Source: Octopus vulgaris (Eukaryota). From it: a DNA stretch of 64,000 bases. The position numbers and the translations under genes were made by a program. This document shows, one piece after another, positions 39,281 through 59,500 of the stretch. Under the pieces are notes generated by a model that worked only from the letters and a program-made list of their open reading frames with translations, was not told the origin of the DNA and searched no databases. Position 1 is the stretch's first letter, and each line of letters starts with the position of its first letter. The stretch lies in contig OX597815.1 in the NCBI GenBank assembly GCA_951406725.2, forward strand, positions 7,192,001-7,256,000. Reading direction: 5' to 3'.

Positions 39281-40364
39281 TGAGTATGTGTGTGTCTGTC
39301 TGTCAATATGTGTGCGCCTGTGAGTGTCTCTTGGTTTGTTAGTCTGTGTCAGCCTGTTTTTGTCAGTTTGTGTATCTGTGTTTTTCTGTGTGTGTGCGTT
39401 AGTGTGTGTGTGTATGTGCGTGCATGTATCAGTTTGGTGTCTCTCTGTCAGTATGTTTGTGTCTATCTGTCAGTGCGTGCGTGTGTCTCTGAGTGTGTGT
39501 GTCGCATACATTACAACGAACTCAGCAGTCGCGAGAGAATGAGAGACAATATTCTCCACCCAGTTCTGGCGGTCATGTTGACTGAGCAAATTCCATTTGA
39601 TGTTCTGCAATCTTATTCTCTACAAAACCAGTCTTCACCCTACCATACACCCATCCCCTCCCCCCCCGAGGTTCCAGTCAGCTACAGCCCCCCACCCCAC
39701 CTTTCCTATTTCCTGGACAGCTGTTTGCTATTTGTATCTTGATTCTTGCCCCTCAGTATGTTGCACACATCAAACGTCTCAATATCACAGCGCAACAGTT
39801 CACATATTTTACTTGCGTTTTTAAAAATTTTTTTTATATATTTGGTTTGTAAATGTGAGCTGTGTTAATGGTGGCAATAATAGTGGTTACTGTTGTTGCT
39901 ACAGTGGTTGTGGTCTGTGGTGGTGGTGCGGTGGTAGTTGATAATTACAGCGTTGGTTGTAGTGGCAGTGTGCTTTGGTAGTGATGCTAGTAGAGAAGTT
40001 GTAATTGGTATTGATGTTGTTGCTCTTGTTGCTTGCTATTTAGTCCAAAGTCAGCCTTCTTCATACAGCAGGTTTATGATCAAAGGGTTACAAGTTGTAA
40101 ACAACACGCCCTTACACACACGCACACACACACACACACTCACACACATACACACACACACTCACACACACACTCACACACACACACACACACACACGCA
40201 CTCACACACACTCACACACACTCACACACACACACACTCACACACATACACTCACACACACACACTCACACACACTCACACACACACACTCACACACATA
40301 CACTCACATACACTCACACATTCACACACACACACTCACACACACTCACACACACACACACACA

Positions 40365-40461
<97 letters not shown>

Positions 40462-40645
40462 TACACATTCCTCGAGCTATGTTTTTCAATGCGTCCTTCC
40501 CTTTTTAAACACAATACAATGTGATGTAGGGTAGATTTGGCTGCTACTTCTTGCAGATCGTTAGACCGCATGTGTTCTCCTCAGTGGCTCCCTCGGGTGT
40601 TGTCTTAGCAGTGTTTGATGAGAATAGTGGTATGATGGTATGTAA

Positions 40646-40876
40646 GGCGGCGAGTTGGCAGAATCGTTAGCATGCGGGGCGAAATGCTTAGAGGTATTTC
40701 GTCTGCCGCTACGTTCTGAGTTCAAATTCCGTCGAGGTCGACTTTACCTTTCATCCTTTCGGGGTCGATAAATTAAGTACCAGTTATGCACTGAGGTCGA
40801 TATGATCGACTTAATCCGTTTGTGTGTCCTTGTTTGTCCCCTCTGTGTTTAGCCCCTTGTGGGTAGTAAAGAAATA
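40646..40876 (+). mobile_element. SINE family B monomer (others at about 10971-11201 -, 18462-18686 +, 33445-33640 -, 37387-37600 +, 46852-47084 -, 56134-56360 -, 59830-59988 -)
   Basis: Same head and body. TSD GGTATG(A/G)TGGTATGTA at 40629-40644 and 40877-40892. Confidence 0.85.
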
Positions 40877-42140
40877 GGTATGGTGGTATGTAGGTTGTAT
40901 TGTCAGTGGTAATGATAGTTATGAGATGGTGACTGTAGAGGTGGTGGTGGTAGTGGTGGTGGTGGTGGTGGTGGTGGTGGTGGTGGTAGTGGTTGTATCA
41001 CCAGTGGTAGTTGTTGTGCTGGTAGTGATAATGGTTGTGTGGATAGTGGTTATGGTGTTGAGGGTGGTTGGAGTAATGGAGGTGGTTGTGATAGTAACGG
41101 GAGTGGTTGGATTGGTGGAGGTAGTTGTGTAGTGGTGGTGGTGGTGGTGGTGGTGGTGGTGGTGGTGGTGGTGGTGGTGGTGGTGTTTGCAATATAAGTT
41201 TCGTGAACGTTCAGAATACGTCCACTCATCAAACGTTCACGCACGCGCTCGCGCGCATGCAGTAAGTCCGCTGATGAAGTGCTTAGGTACTTGTTTATTG
41301 AAAGCCAATGTCGTAGCAATACCTTTGAATGGGTTTACGAACATTCATCGAAGGCACATTGACCGAAAGCACATTGCTCGAAACTACATTGTTCGAAACT
41401 ACATTGTTGGAAGTAATCATGGTCGAAAAGCAAATTGGTCAAAAAAGAAAAAGAAAAATAACAATAACAAATTAACCGAAAACATAATTGCTAAAGAAAA
41501 GACAGAATACTCATTGAAATTTTAATATTTTTCAAAGAGATAGGTAAAAAAACAACAACATATATATAAAAATAGTGCAATGATTTATTAATAGTTGAAT
41601 CGACTGTCAAAGCGCTTTAAAATTCTTGAATTTAGAAATCGATTATATATAAATCAGAATTAAGAGATCATACATAATCTACATGATTTGACGTCAGGTT
41701 AAAGAAGTTATTTATAATAACCATAAACTATGAATATTCACGTCACAAAATCATTGTCCTTTCGAAAGATATACTGGACGTTCAATAATTAATTGCGGTC
41801 CACTGCCTAAGTTTTTGTCGAGTACTAGTGGCTATTGAATTGTTCAGGTCGTGTGTCCGTGATAGAAATAGTTATTGCAAGAACACTGCATTGACTTCAT
41901 ATAACGTGGGACAAAGTACTCTGTGACAATTAGTTACGTCCCTTCAGCTGCTTCTAACTGTATCCGGTAAATGGGAGTCTGGTTTAAGAGTTCCGGAATT
42001 TTGAAGAGTGTGAAACCATACGTGAGCCAGTATTGTTCCCGAGTCTACTCTGACCCGGAGTTGTAGCGCCTTTCAGGGTCCTAGCTATGGTTTAAATAGC
42101 ATGTAACCAACCGAGTCTGAGTATTTTGAAGTCATGGGAA

Positions 42141-42540
42141 GGCGGCGAGCTGGCAGCAAAAGTTAGCATGCCGGGCGAAATGCTTAGCAGTATTTCGTCC
42201 GCCGCTGTGTTCTGAGTTCAAAGTCCGCCGAGGTCAATTTTGCCTTTCATCCTTTCGGGGTCGATAAATTAAGTACCAGTTACGCACTGGGGTCGATGTA
42301 ATCGACTTAATCCGTTTGTCTGTCCTTGTTTGTCCCCTCTGTGTTTAGCCCCTTGTGGGTAGTAAAGAAAAAGGTATTTCGTCTGCCGTTACGTTCTGAG
42401 TTCAAATTCCGCCGAGGTCGACTTTGCCTTTCATTCTTTCGGAGTCGATAAATTAAGTACCAGTTACGCACTGGGGTCGATGTAATCGACTGAATCCGTT
42501 TGTCTGTCCTTGTTTGTTCCCTCTGTGTTTAGACCCTGTT
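42141..42540 (+). mobile_element. SINE family B dimer
   Basis: Head plus two bodies with the AAAGAAA..GGTATTTCG junction. Confidence 0.85.
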
Positions 42541-44048
42541 TAGCTGATGGACTTATTGAGTCAATGGCGAATATCACAAGATGCTGAACAGATGAACAGA
42601 CAATAAACCGCCAACGACCAGGATCAACCAATTCAGTTAGCGAACGACTGCTATCATCTGTAGTCGTGGCGAACGCAGATGGGATATTTTAATTAGTGAA
42701 AGACCAATGTAAGTAAAACTTAATTCAGACATTCATGTTTCATCGCTCGATCGGGACGTCTGGCGTGGACAAGTTACATCGGTCCGGGTAAGGCACCCAA
42801 CTGGATGATTTAGATTCTATCTAACCCTGCCATAGGGAACTTCGTCGCATCTCTTGGGACCCTAAAATAAATAAATTGGATTCATCTAAACGATCATACT
42901 ACACCTAGAAAGTTTGTGGTTGTGTTCCTATTTCAGAAATCAGCATTATGGTTATCACCAGCGAAGAATATTCCAATATTTATTTTGCTTTATACACTAT
43001 ACGGAATAGTTACAAATATATACGCAAAAAAGAATGAAAATATATTTAATTTCAAAGATAATTTGTTCTAATTTAAGAATTGTAGTAATCTCTTTTTTAA
43101 AAAAATTAGCCGAGATTAAGTTTTAATATATTTTTATTTACTTTTTTGTTAGATAAGCTGAAAATATGTTTAAAATATATTCAATTTGAATTTGTTTTAA
43201 TTTGTTCTTATTTAAAAATATGTCGATATTAAGTTTCAATGTATTTCGATATTTCTGTGCGAATATCTCCCTCGATGTAGTCTATGTCGATTATCACATT
43301 TTCGATCAATATGTTTTCCTATGAATATGTATTTCGACCAATTTGACTTTCTATGAATATGCCTCACGACTAATTTGCTTTTCAGTCAGAATCTATTCGA
43401 CGGATATGTTTCTAAAGAACGTTTTAGCTAAATATGCCGTATCACTTTCGAAAACTTACTTGGAATTCTTTTTTTTTCTTTTTTTTTTTATTATTATTCT
43501 TTGATATTTATAGAATATTTCTTTGGAAGAAAAGAATCGATTCTTCCCTCTTCGTTGTCATGTCAGTATATAGCAGATCGAACATAACATTATGAGCGAC
43601 GTATATCTTCTCACAATTCGGCTTCCGTTATTAGTGAGTTGTGGGATCGAACCTGAAATTGAATGGTTGAAAAGCGACCTTCTTAATCAAACAGCGGTGC
43701 CTGAGCGCATCTATGTTTGTAAATCTGTTTGGTAGAAATTTGATCGGTGGTCTCTAATCCACCCCTTCTTCATTCCACCCTCAAGGAAAGAAAATCTTCT
43801 CAAAATCTGAAAGCTTTTCAGTAAAAAGAAAACGTTGCCTTATTTTAGTTAAATGATACGTAATACTGGGTAAAATGAGAAATTAATGATTTATTTTCTG
43901 AATCTATGTTTTTCTTTAAAAACTCTGAAATTATAACGTTAAATTTAACACCAAACATATTCTGTATAGTGGTACAGTTTTTATTAACAGCTACCAGTTC
44001 CGTTTTCCCTTTCGTCCTTTTCTCTCTTCGTCTCACCAGTCCTCTCAC

Positions 44049-44089
<41 letters not shown>

Positions 44090-44486
44090 GTCTGTGTCTG
44101 TATGTGAGTTGTGTAATATAAGAAAGGAAATTTACCCAGTATAACGTATCAATTAACTAGAACAACGCAACGGTTTCAATTTAGCCAGAAGCCTACAGTT
44201 TGCCAAAAGTATTCAGTTTTGTCGGATTTTCGAATTTCTGAGTGTCGCCTCAATGTATCCCTAGAATTAACATTAACAAAAAAAGATTCTGATATTTAAA
44301 AAAATATTAATTTAAAGATAAATCAAAGCATCTCATTACATAGCAATATGAGTTTGAACTTATTGCCATTCTGTGTGCCACTCTCTGTGCTACCCTGTGT
44401 TCCACTCTGTGTTCCACTCTGTGTGCGCAGTGTCTTCGTTGATCTGAAAGTTTTAGCTCAGCTTCTTTCATATTACTAAAAATTAT

Positions 44487-44897
44487 ACTCTCTTTTACCC
44501 TTTTACTTGTTTCAGTCATTTGACTGCGGCCATGCTGGAGCACCGCCTTTAGTCGAGCAAATCGACCCAGGGACTTATTCTTTGTAAGCCCAGTACTTAT
44601 TCTATCGGTCTCTTTTGCCGAACCGCTAAGTGACGGGGACGTAAACACACCAGCATCGGTTGTCAAGCAATGCTAGGGGGACAAACACAGACACACAAAC
44701 ACACACACACTATATATATATATATACATATATACGACAGGCTTCTTTCAGTTTCCGTCTACCAAATCCACTCACAAGGCATTGGTCAGCCCGGGGCTAT
44801 AGCAGAAGACACTTGCCCAAGATGCCACGCAGTGGGACTGAACCTGGAACCATGTGGTTGGTTAGCAAGCTACTTACCACACAGCCACTCCTGCGCC
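44487..44897 (-). mobile_element. SINE family A
   Basis: Reverse-complement full-length copy. Confidence 0.85.
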
Positions 44898-45032
44898 TTT
44901 ATGTGTGTTTGTGTGTCTACACATGCATAGATGTCACCTTAAACACATTGCAGGGACATCTTCGGTTGTATTTCTTATTCGAACAAGTCGTTTTATTTTC
45001 ACAGTCACATTATTTTACATCAATAAAACGAA

Positions 45033-45068
<36 letters not shown>

Positions 45069-45246
45069 GCACGCACGCACACATGCACGCACGCACACAC
45101 ACACACGCACACATATACGCACGCACACGCACGCACACACACGCACACACGCACACACACATACTCACACACACACTCACGCAGACATTCACACACGCAC
45201 ACACACACACACGCACGCACACACATACTCACACACACACGTACGT

Positions 45247-45280
<34 letters not shown>

Positions 45281-45504
45281 ACGCACGCACACGCACACTC
45301 ACACACACATACTCACACACACGTACGTACACACACACACACACACACACAACACGCACACGCACACACACACACGCACACACACACGCACGCATGCACA
45401 CACACACACACACAAGTGGCGATAAACATGTTTATGACGATTACATATGTCTCCTCCTCTTATCAGGAACAGCTTCAGCTTGATGTATTGGTAAACGGCC
45501 AACG

Positions 45505-46160
45505 GCGTAAGAGAGCATCAAGATCAAAGCTGTGGCCGAGAGAAAAAGCTGACACGAGGACCTGGAAGCCATCTGAATATTGGAGAAGAGCTACCTGTAC
45601 AATTATGATTTGCGTCGGGTATCAAAGTGCCGACATCATGACTGCTGCTATGAACACTGTAAAGGCTGTGGGACGTGATATGGACAGCTCTGCAACGGAG
45701 ACTACGAAGCCGTGGCCAGCAGGAAGGGACACAGGCACTCCTCACATCTTTGAACCCTAATTCAAATGGCTATGTGAAACTGTTGATGACTGTGGTTAAA
45801 CCCTGGCTGAAGAGGGTTGCTGCTGGTGATACATATATGTATCATAGAAGGATTTGGCTCCGCTATACCCCTGGAAAGTGTTAGAAGTGATTGTCTGAGA
45901 ATTTCTACGACTTCACCGCCCCCATGTCCGGCCTCCTAATTCTCCCAATTTTAATTCTATAGATTAATGTGTGGGGTGCCTTTGAAAAGGCCACCAACCA
46001 CTCTGCCTGCAACATCAATGCTGAGTTGGGGGCCGAGATCAAGGAAGGGCTCGAAGATCTTCCGAGAGGATCGCATGCGCCAGGTTCTTGAGGACGTGGC
46101 GGAAGCTGTGTTTTCTTTCCCTTTTATGCAAAATGTCAGATTTGGCCCGAACACGCTGTT
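45505..46160 (+). mobile_element. Decayed Tc1/mariner (maT-like) transposase relic
   Basis: YVKLLMTVVKPWLKRVAAG, LSENFYDF and PPNSPNFNSID..VWG (compare WPPNSPDLNPLDYxVWG). Confidence 0.6.
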
Positions 46161-46582
46161 TACATACATACACACATACATATATACACACACATACATA
46201 CATACATACATACATACATACATACATACATACATACACACACACATACATACACATACACATACATACAAACATACATACACACATACATACATGCACA
46301 CATACATACATACACACATACATACATACATACATACATACATGCATACATACATACACACATACATACATACATACATACATACATGCATACATACACA
46401 CATACATACATACTTGCATACATACATACATACATACATACATACATACATACATACATGCATACATACATACATACTTGCATACATACATACATACATA
46501 CCATACATACATACATACATACACACATACATACATACATGCATACATACATACATACTTGCATACATACATACATAATACA

Positions 46583-46616
<34 letters not shown>

Positions 46617-47253
46617 CATACATACACACATACATACATACATGCATACATACATACATACATACATACATACCATACATACATGCATACATACATACAT
46701 ACTTGCATACACACATACATACATACATGCATACATACATACATACATACATACATACATACATACATACATACATACATACATACACACATACATACAT
46801 ACATGCATACATACATACTTGCATACATACATACATACATGCATACATACATATTTCTTTACTACCCACAAAGGGCTAAACACAGAGGGGACAAATAAGG
46901 ACAGACAAACGGATTAAGTCGATTATATCGACCCCAGTGCGTAACTGGTACTTATTTAATCGACCCTGAAAGGATGAAAGGCAAAGTCGACCTCGGCGGA
47001 ATTTGAACCCAGAACGTAGCGGCAGACGAAATACCGCTTAGCATTTCGCCCGGCGTGCTAACGTTTCTGCCAGCTCGCCGCCTTAAGTGGGGCAATACCG
47101 CTCACTTTTGGAACCAGTGTGCTATACCTTTAACGCAATTCTTTCTTAGGCCCTCGGTTCTTCCTCCGCACTTCATCTGCTGATAGTTAACAGCCAGATC
47201 AACTCCTCTTTTCTACTGTACTCTCTGATGAAGATCAAGTGTCTTGAAACTTT

Positions 47254-47550
47254 TCCTTCTCGAGCCACACCTGGCTCATAAGGGCCAGTTTCCCAGTTTC
47301 CTTGGCGTATAGGTTCCCCACCTGGACGGGACGCTGGTCCGTCGCAGGTGAGCTGCAAGATGCAGGAGGAAAGAGTGAGAGAAAGTTGTGGCGAAAGAGT
47401 CAGCAGAAGTTCGTCTTTACCTTCTACCGGAGCCGTGTGGAGCTGAGGTGTTTCGCTCATAGACACACACATTGCTCGGTCTGAGATTCGAACTCGCGAT
47501 CTCTCGACCGCGAGTCCGCTGCTCTAACCACTAGGCCATGTGCTTCCACC
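47254..47550 (-). mobile_element. tRNA(Arg)-like SINE, family C
   Basis: Minus-strand head TGGCCTAGTGGTTAGAGCAGCGGACTCGCGG...GAGTTCGAATCTC. TSD CTTGAAACTTT at 47243-47253 and 47551-47561. Confidence 0.8.
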
Positions 47551-48744
47551 CTTGAAACTTTAGGCTTTTCACTCCTCATTCTACACTTTCATTCTTTTGT
47601 TACAGATTTTCTAACATCCGACAGTGTAACTCGAACCCTGCTACCGTCGTTAACGAAGCGTGTATTCCTGCGACGGAGGAGCGTATATCTTTAGCAGCTC
47701 TGTACCTTCACAAAACAAATAACTTGTCACTCGTTACTACTACTACTACTACTACTACTACTACAACTACTACTACTACCGCTGCTGCTGCTGCTGCTAC
47801 TACTACTAATACTACTAGTGCTGCTGCTGCTGCAACTACTACTACTACTACCACTACTACTGCTGCTGCTGCTGCTGCTGCAACTACTACTACTACTACT
47901 ACTACTACTACTGTTGTTGTTGTTGTTACTAGTAAAGCTATCAGCTCCACCGTTGCTACGAACAACAGCACTACTTTCACCACTATCACCCCCAAGGTAA
48001 CAACAACCACCACCACCACCATCACCACCACCACCATCACCACCACCACCACCACCACCATCACCATCACCACTAACAACAACAATACTACCATCGCCGC
48101 CACCACCAACACCAAAACCACCACCACCACCACCATCACCATCACCACTAACAACAACAACAATACTACCATCGCCGCCACTACCAACACCAAAACCGCC
48201 ACCACCACCAACAACACCACCAGCGGCGGCGGCGGTGGTGGTGGTGGTGGTGGTGGTGGTGGTGGTTTTGGTGTTACTTTTGATGTTTTAAAAGCAGACG
48301 GAGATGAAGGGAAGCAAAAGATGGTCGGAGGAGGAGGGAAAGACATGCAGAACAAGGATTAAAAGGAGGGGCGGAGGAGGAGGAGGAATGGATGGAAGGA
48401 GGGATGGAGGGAGAGGGGTATATCTGTTCTCTTTTCCTTATCTTCTGAAGCCCAATTAGCGTGGCCATACACCAATGACCTCCGTTCAGCTCTGATAATC
48501 AACCAATCACCTCCTCACGCACCACCAAGTAAACCACTTGCAAAACCAATTTGGCAAAACAACGGTATCGATCGATTCCTTGCTCCGAACTCTCACATCA
48601 CTTCCCCCCCACCCAATTCAGCATCCCCGCCTATTTTAAAATTCACCGTCTCCTCTGAACTTTGAAACTAAATCCCGTCAAAATGCATTACATTTTCACC
48701 CACCCTAGTTATGACCCGCCCCATGACTTAGGGTGTTAGGGTAT

Positions 48745-49172
48745 ACTCTTTTTCTCTTTTACTCTTTTACTTGTTTCAGTCATTTGACTGCGGCCATGCT
48801 GGAGCACCGCCTTTAGTCGAGCAACTCGACCCCGGGACTTATTCTTTTTGTAAGCCCAGTACTTATTCTATCGGTCTCTTTTTGCCGAACCGCTAAGTAG
48901 CGGGGACGTAAACACACCAGCATCGGTTGTCAAGCAATGCTAGGGGGACAAACACACACACACAAACATACACGCACACACACATATATATATATATATA
49001 TACATATATACATATATACGACAGGCTTCTTTCAGTTTCCGTCTACCAAATCCACTCACAAGGCATTGGTCGGCCCGGGGCTATAGCAGAAGACACTTGC
49101 CCAAGATGCCACGCAGTGGGACTGAACCCGGAACCATGCGGTTGGTTAGCAAGCTACTTACCACACAGCCAC
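48745..49172 (-). mobile_element. SINE family A
   Basis: Reverse-complement full-length copy. Confidence 0.85.
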
Positions 49173-49389
49173 TCTGAACGATAATCTTTATCAATATTAT
49201 TATTGTTGTTATCATCGTCATCATCATCGTCGTCGTCGTCATCATCATCATCATCATCATTATCATCATTTTATCGTCCTACGCCGTCCGCGATCTTTTT
49301 GTCAACCCTCGTAGCTAATAAAGCAAACATTATTATTACCGAGCGCAGCTTAGGGTGCCTTGGGTATGTGCTGTGGTTTGTTGTGATGC

Positions 49390-55043
<5,654 letters not shown>

Positions 55044-55054
55044 GCTCTTATTTT

Positions 55055-55088
<34 letters not shown>

Positions 55089-57760
55089 ATGGAACCGGAA
55101 ACTGTAACAGTATCCTTTTCCTTCTTTATGCCCTTCTGTTTGTCTACTTCTTCTCTCGCCCCCCTCTGGTCCTAACCTCACATCCTCCCCCCCCCCTGTT
55201 TCCCCCACACTGTACGCCTGTAGTTATAAATAAATATTTACATTGCAATAAATATCCTACCAAGAGCTGCGCGTTAATGTTTCATTAAATATTCGCATTT
55301 ACAAAACCCTTTTCTTACAATACGACACACATGATATAGGCTTATATGTTTACGTTAAGAATTCCTTACTTTTCATATTCACCCATGCTTACGGTCATTT
55401 TCGGACATTTATTCGACCAAACATAGCGGCTGGATGTGAGGAGCACGAACGCAAATAATCCGCCACTTGAAATTTGTAATCTTGCTAAATCCAATATCTT
55501 TCGCATCACATTTGTGGATAAAACCTTCAGTCATTGTTCTATATTTACTGTGTCTGTTGATGCTACAACAATATTTTTGTGGTTTTCTCAGTTCATCGCT
55601 GTTATGTCTTTTTTTCACTGGGCTACATTCTCCAAGACTAATACAGAGGGCGTCTGTTACAACGCGGTGCTGTATTCATATCCTGCAAACTTATAACGCT
55701 CTATTGCCCAGTTCACTTAATTGGCAAATATCTTTTACCAAGATTGCGTGACTGATGCAAAATGCTATATCACTGCATAATGAACAAGTGTATATTTATC
55801 TTGGAGCATCCTTTTCTGAATGAAACTTTTTAATGCTTAGTTAGTGAAAGAAGGGCAACATTCATTATCTTTTTCACGGCCTCTGAGGCTAGTAAAAGGA
55901 AGCTATCCTCAAACCAAAGACCTCTCTCGTATGTTTGCAAGTGAAAAGATTATTTTTTAAGGTGATGAGGTGGTATTAATCCAGGAGGACGGAGAGATTA
56001 AGCTACGTACCAAAAAAATCAGGATCGCTCCATCCGAGAATCTTTCAAACGGCTTCATTCTACGAAATTTCATTCACAAGACTTTGGTTGACCGAAGATT
56101 ATTGTAGAAGACACTTGCCCAAAATGCCATATATATTTCTTTACTACCCACAAGGGGCTAAACACGGAGGGGACAAACAAGGACAAACGGATGAAGTCGA
56201 TTATATCGACCCAGTGCGTAACTGGTACTTAATTTATCGACCCCGAAAGGATGAAAGGCAAAGTTGACCTCGGCGGAATTTGAACTCAGAATGTAACGGC
56301 AGACGAAATACAGCTAAGCATTTCGCCCGGCGTGCTAACGATTCTGCCAGCTCGCCGCCTATATCTCCGGATCAAACTGACTAAAATGCCATATGGTGTG
56401 GATTGGACCCTTAACCACGCAGTTGCAGCCCGAACATTTTAAATACATAACCATTTTGCAAAATCTTCAAGAATTGGTAAATTTTAGTGTAAACAATTAA
56501 AAGAAATTCTGAAAGCAATGTCGACTATCAGTGTTAGATGCCTTTCTAGATTCCTCTTAGTTCCGTAATCCATGTCCTTAGTCGCTTTCAACGATTTGTT
56601 GCAGTTTCTGTTGTCCGTTAAGTTATTTCAGTGCAAAATTTAACCCATAGAACTGTCGCTAATACTATAATTACATTAGTATTGCAGCTACTAAAGTACA
56701 TTAGTTTCAACGAAACTTCTATAATCACCACGACATTTCTTTAGTCATTACGACTTTATTGGCCAACTATTCTAATATATATGTAAAACACACTGCTTTA
56801 GTCACCGCTACACAAACTGTAGCCAGAATTATATTTCCGTGTCCACTGAAGTCATTAAATGCGCTGAACTCTCTCCTAATTGCGTTCATTGTATGATCAC
56901 TTAGTCCTCATAAAATGAAGAGTCAATTATCACGAGAGAAGTCGAACTTTTCAGTGCGGAATCTCTTCCGAAGTCTATGATGTACAATTTCGTTCATTCA
57001 TAAACTCCAGAGCCAATAAATATATTTTATAAAGGAATGTTTTAAATTCTAAGTTGGTCATTTCTCTTCCGTTACAGAATATAATACTGAATAATTTGGT
57101 TTAAAGTAGGTTTGGAATTTCTTATCTAGATTAAATGCTTAGATCAGAAAAAGTGAATTATTCTAAGGTTGCAACTAACGATAATTTTTAGTTTCGATAT
57201 GTTAAATAGTTTAATTAAATTTTTTCCTGTTTTGTTGTCCGTCGATATTTTTGGAGTGTCATAAGCCATCATCTCTGCAAAGGCCGCCACGAATCAAATT
57301 TAATTTAATGTTGAGCAAATTTAAACTTTATGGGTGTAGATGTTGGCTGGCTGGTTTCGGCGGATGGTAGTGGTGGCGGTGGTAGTTTTAATGTGGATCT
57401 TTGCCGTTCGACAATAAAGGATAATTTGTTCGATTGACAGAATTACCTGCTTTTCAATTAAAGTGAAAGTGGTTGAGTATTCCGCAAATATGTGTCTACC
57501 CTTAATGTAGTTTTCAAAGCGAGTCAGTGTAACAACACAGTGTACAATAATGTTATACATTTTGAATTACAAGTATAATCCACACCTCGGGCTTCTATAC
57601 AGTTTCCTTACACCCAATTTCACTCAAAAGATATAGGTCAACTCGCGGTTATAGAAAACGGTATCTACCTAAGATGGAATACAGGGGAATCGGATCTGGG
57701 ATCTTATAGTTGCAAAGCGAACTTCCTAAATATTCGACCATACAGCCACCTTACCTTTAA

Positions 57761-58065
57761 TCTTTATATATAAAACTGAAGTTGTGTGTGTGTCTGTCTA
57801 CTCCGATTTAGATTCCTAACTACTCCCACATTTTGTGGTGCAGTTTAACCAAAAGCAGGTATTTTATAGTCGTGATTCATATCGAGCCCTTCTGGGTATT
57901 AGCGCGAGTCTATGATGAGTCTACGATTAAAAAAAAAAATTACCATAATTTTTCCGCATTTTTAATGCATTTTTTGCTCGGTTTATATAAGGGAAGTAAC
58001 TCTCCAAAAATGCTTATATAGTTATTTCCCTTACAAACCCAAGCAACGCCGGGCGATACTACTAG
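57761..58065 (+). mobile_element. Non-autonomous Helitron, short variant
   Basis: A|TC...hairpin...CTAG|T, near-identical to 13199-13496. Confidence 0.8.
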
Positions 58066-58626
58066 TTAAACTCTATAAGCCAACTAAATTTGGAAACTAC
58101 AAAGTTTTTTCTATTTACCATTTTACCAAAATGCTAGGTATAGCAGTTTACCAGTTCTTGTTACTCATTATCTTCTCTCGGTGAAATAGATTATGTACAC
58201 CGCACCCTTCTCTAATTAAAACTGATAAAGTATAAGCAATAACGAAATCCCAACAAACAAATATACCAAAAGATGCTGGCATCATCACCAATCCATTTCC
58301 TTAAACTCACTCATATCCTAGTCATTGACCCGGAAGTGACGTCATCAATGACGGTATTATATATGGACCCACGACATTACCAAATACACGACTGCGGTCA
58401 ATTAGTCCTACGATTTTTTGTTTGTTTATATTTCATAAACTGCAGCGACATCTGTCCGACATCTGTGAAGTTTATCACCCCCACCCTACAGTCCTCGCTA
58501 GTAATACCACTTTCTCCTCTCCACCTCATCGTTCTCCATTTATCACTACAGAAAAAAAAAGAAAGAAACCCGGCCCTCTAACGACCATTGCATACCATCA
58601 ATGCGACCATTACTCTCGCTTCCATT

Positions 58627-58810
58627 CTATCTATCTATCCGCTCAGTCGAAGTCGACTCTCGGTTACTCGTTGGATCAGTGTCCTCCAGTCAGTTCTATC
58701 CTGGGCCGCTTCTGTCAGACTGGCTATGTCCATTCCGGTATCCCTCTTGATGGTGTCAAGCCAGCGGGTTCTTGGATCGGCCTCTTCCTCTCTGGCCACT
58801 GACCATTCCG

Positions 58811-58893
<83 letters not shown>

Positions 58894-59086
58894 CTCAGTC
58901 GAAGTCGACTCTCGGTCACTCGTTGGATCAGTGTCCTCCAGTCAGTTCTATCCTGGGCCGCTTCTGTCAGACTGGCTATGGTGTCCATTCCGGTATCCGC
59001 TCCTCGACTCTGATGGTGTCAAGCCAGCAGGTTCTTGGTCAGCGGGTTCTTGGTCGGCCTCTTCCTCTCTTGCCACTGACCATTCC

Positions 59087-59139
<53 letters not shown>

Positions 59140-59249
59140 GCCAGTGTCCTCCAGTGGCTTTCAGATTGGCTAACGGTATCCCTCATTCCGATGGTGTCAA
59201 GCCAGCGGGTTCTTGGTCGGCCTCTTCCTCTCTTGCCACTGACCATTCC

Positions 59250-59310
<61 letters not shown>

Positions 59311-59500
59311 CTCAGTCGAAGTCGACTCTCGGTCACTCGTTGGATCAGTGTCCTCCAGTCAGTTCTATCCTGGGCCGCTTCTTTCAGATTGGCTATGTCC
59401 ATTCCGGTATCCCTCTTGATGGTGTCAAGCTAGCGGGTTCTTGGTCGGCCTCTTCCTCTCTGGCCACTAACCATTCCGAGCATGATGTCCTTCTAAGCAA
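58627..59500 (-). mobile_element. Four tandem RTE/BovB-like LINE 3' ends separated by (TA)n
   Basis: GMVSGKRGRGRPRTRWLDTIKRDTG...DRTDWRTLIQRVTESRLRLSG*. Units at about 58627-58810, 58889-59087, 59136-59250 (partial) and 59306-59500. Confidence 0.8.

Noticed and set aside
47220-47575. Hammerhead-like CTGATGA..GAAA split by the family C SINE
   Set aside because: The reconstructed site lacks a proper NUH triplet and stem I; at best a decayed relic.
47708-48362. Thr-rich mucin-like ORFs (also 60760-61873)
   Set aside because: They are compound trinucleotide microsatellites with no signal peptide, domain or splice support.
55409-55820. Short ORFs in unique-looking sequence
   Set aside because: There is no recognisable domain, and frames following candidate acceptors hit stops quickly.
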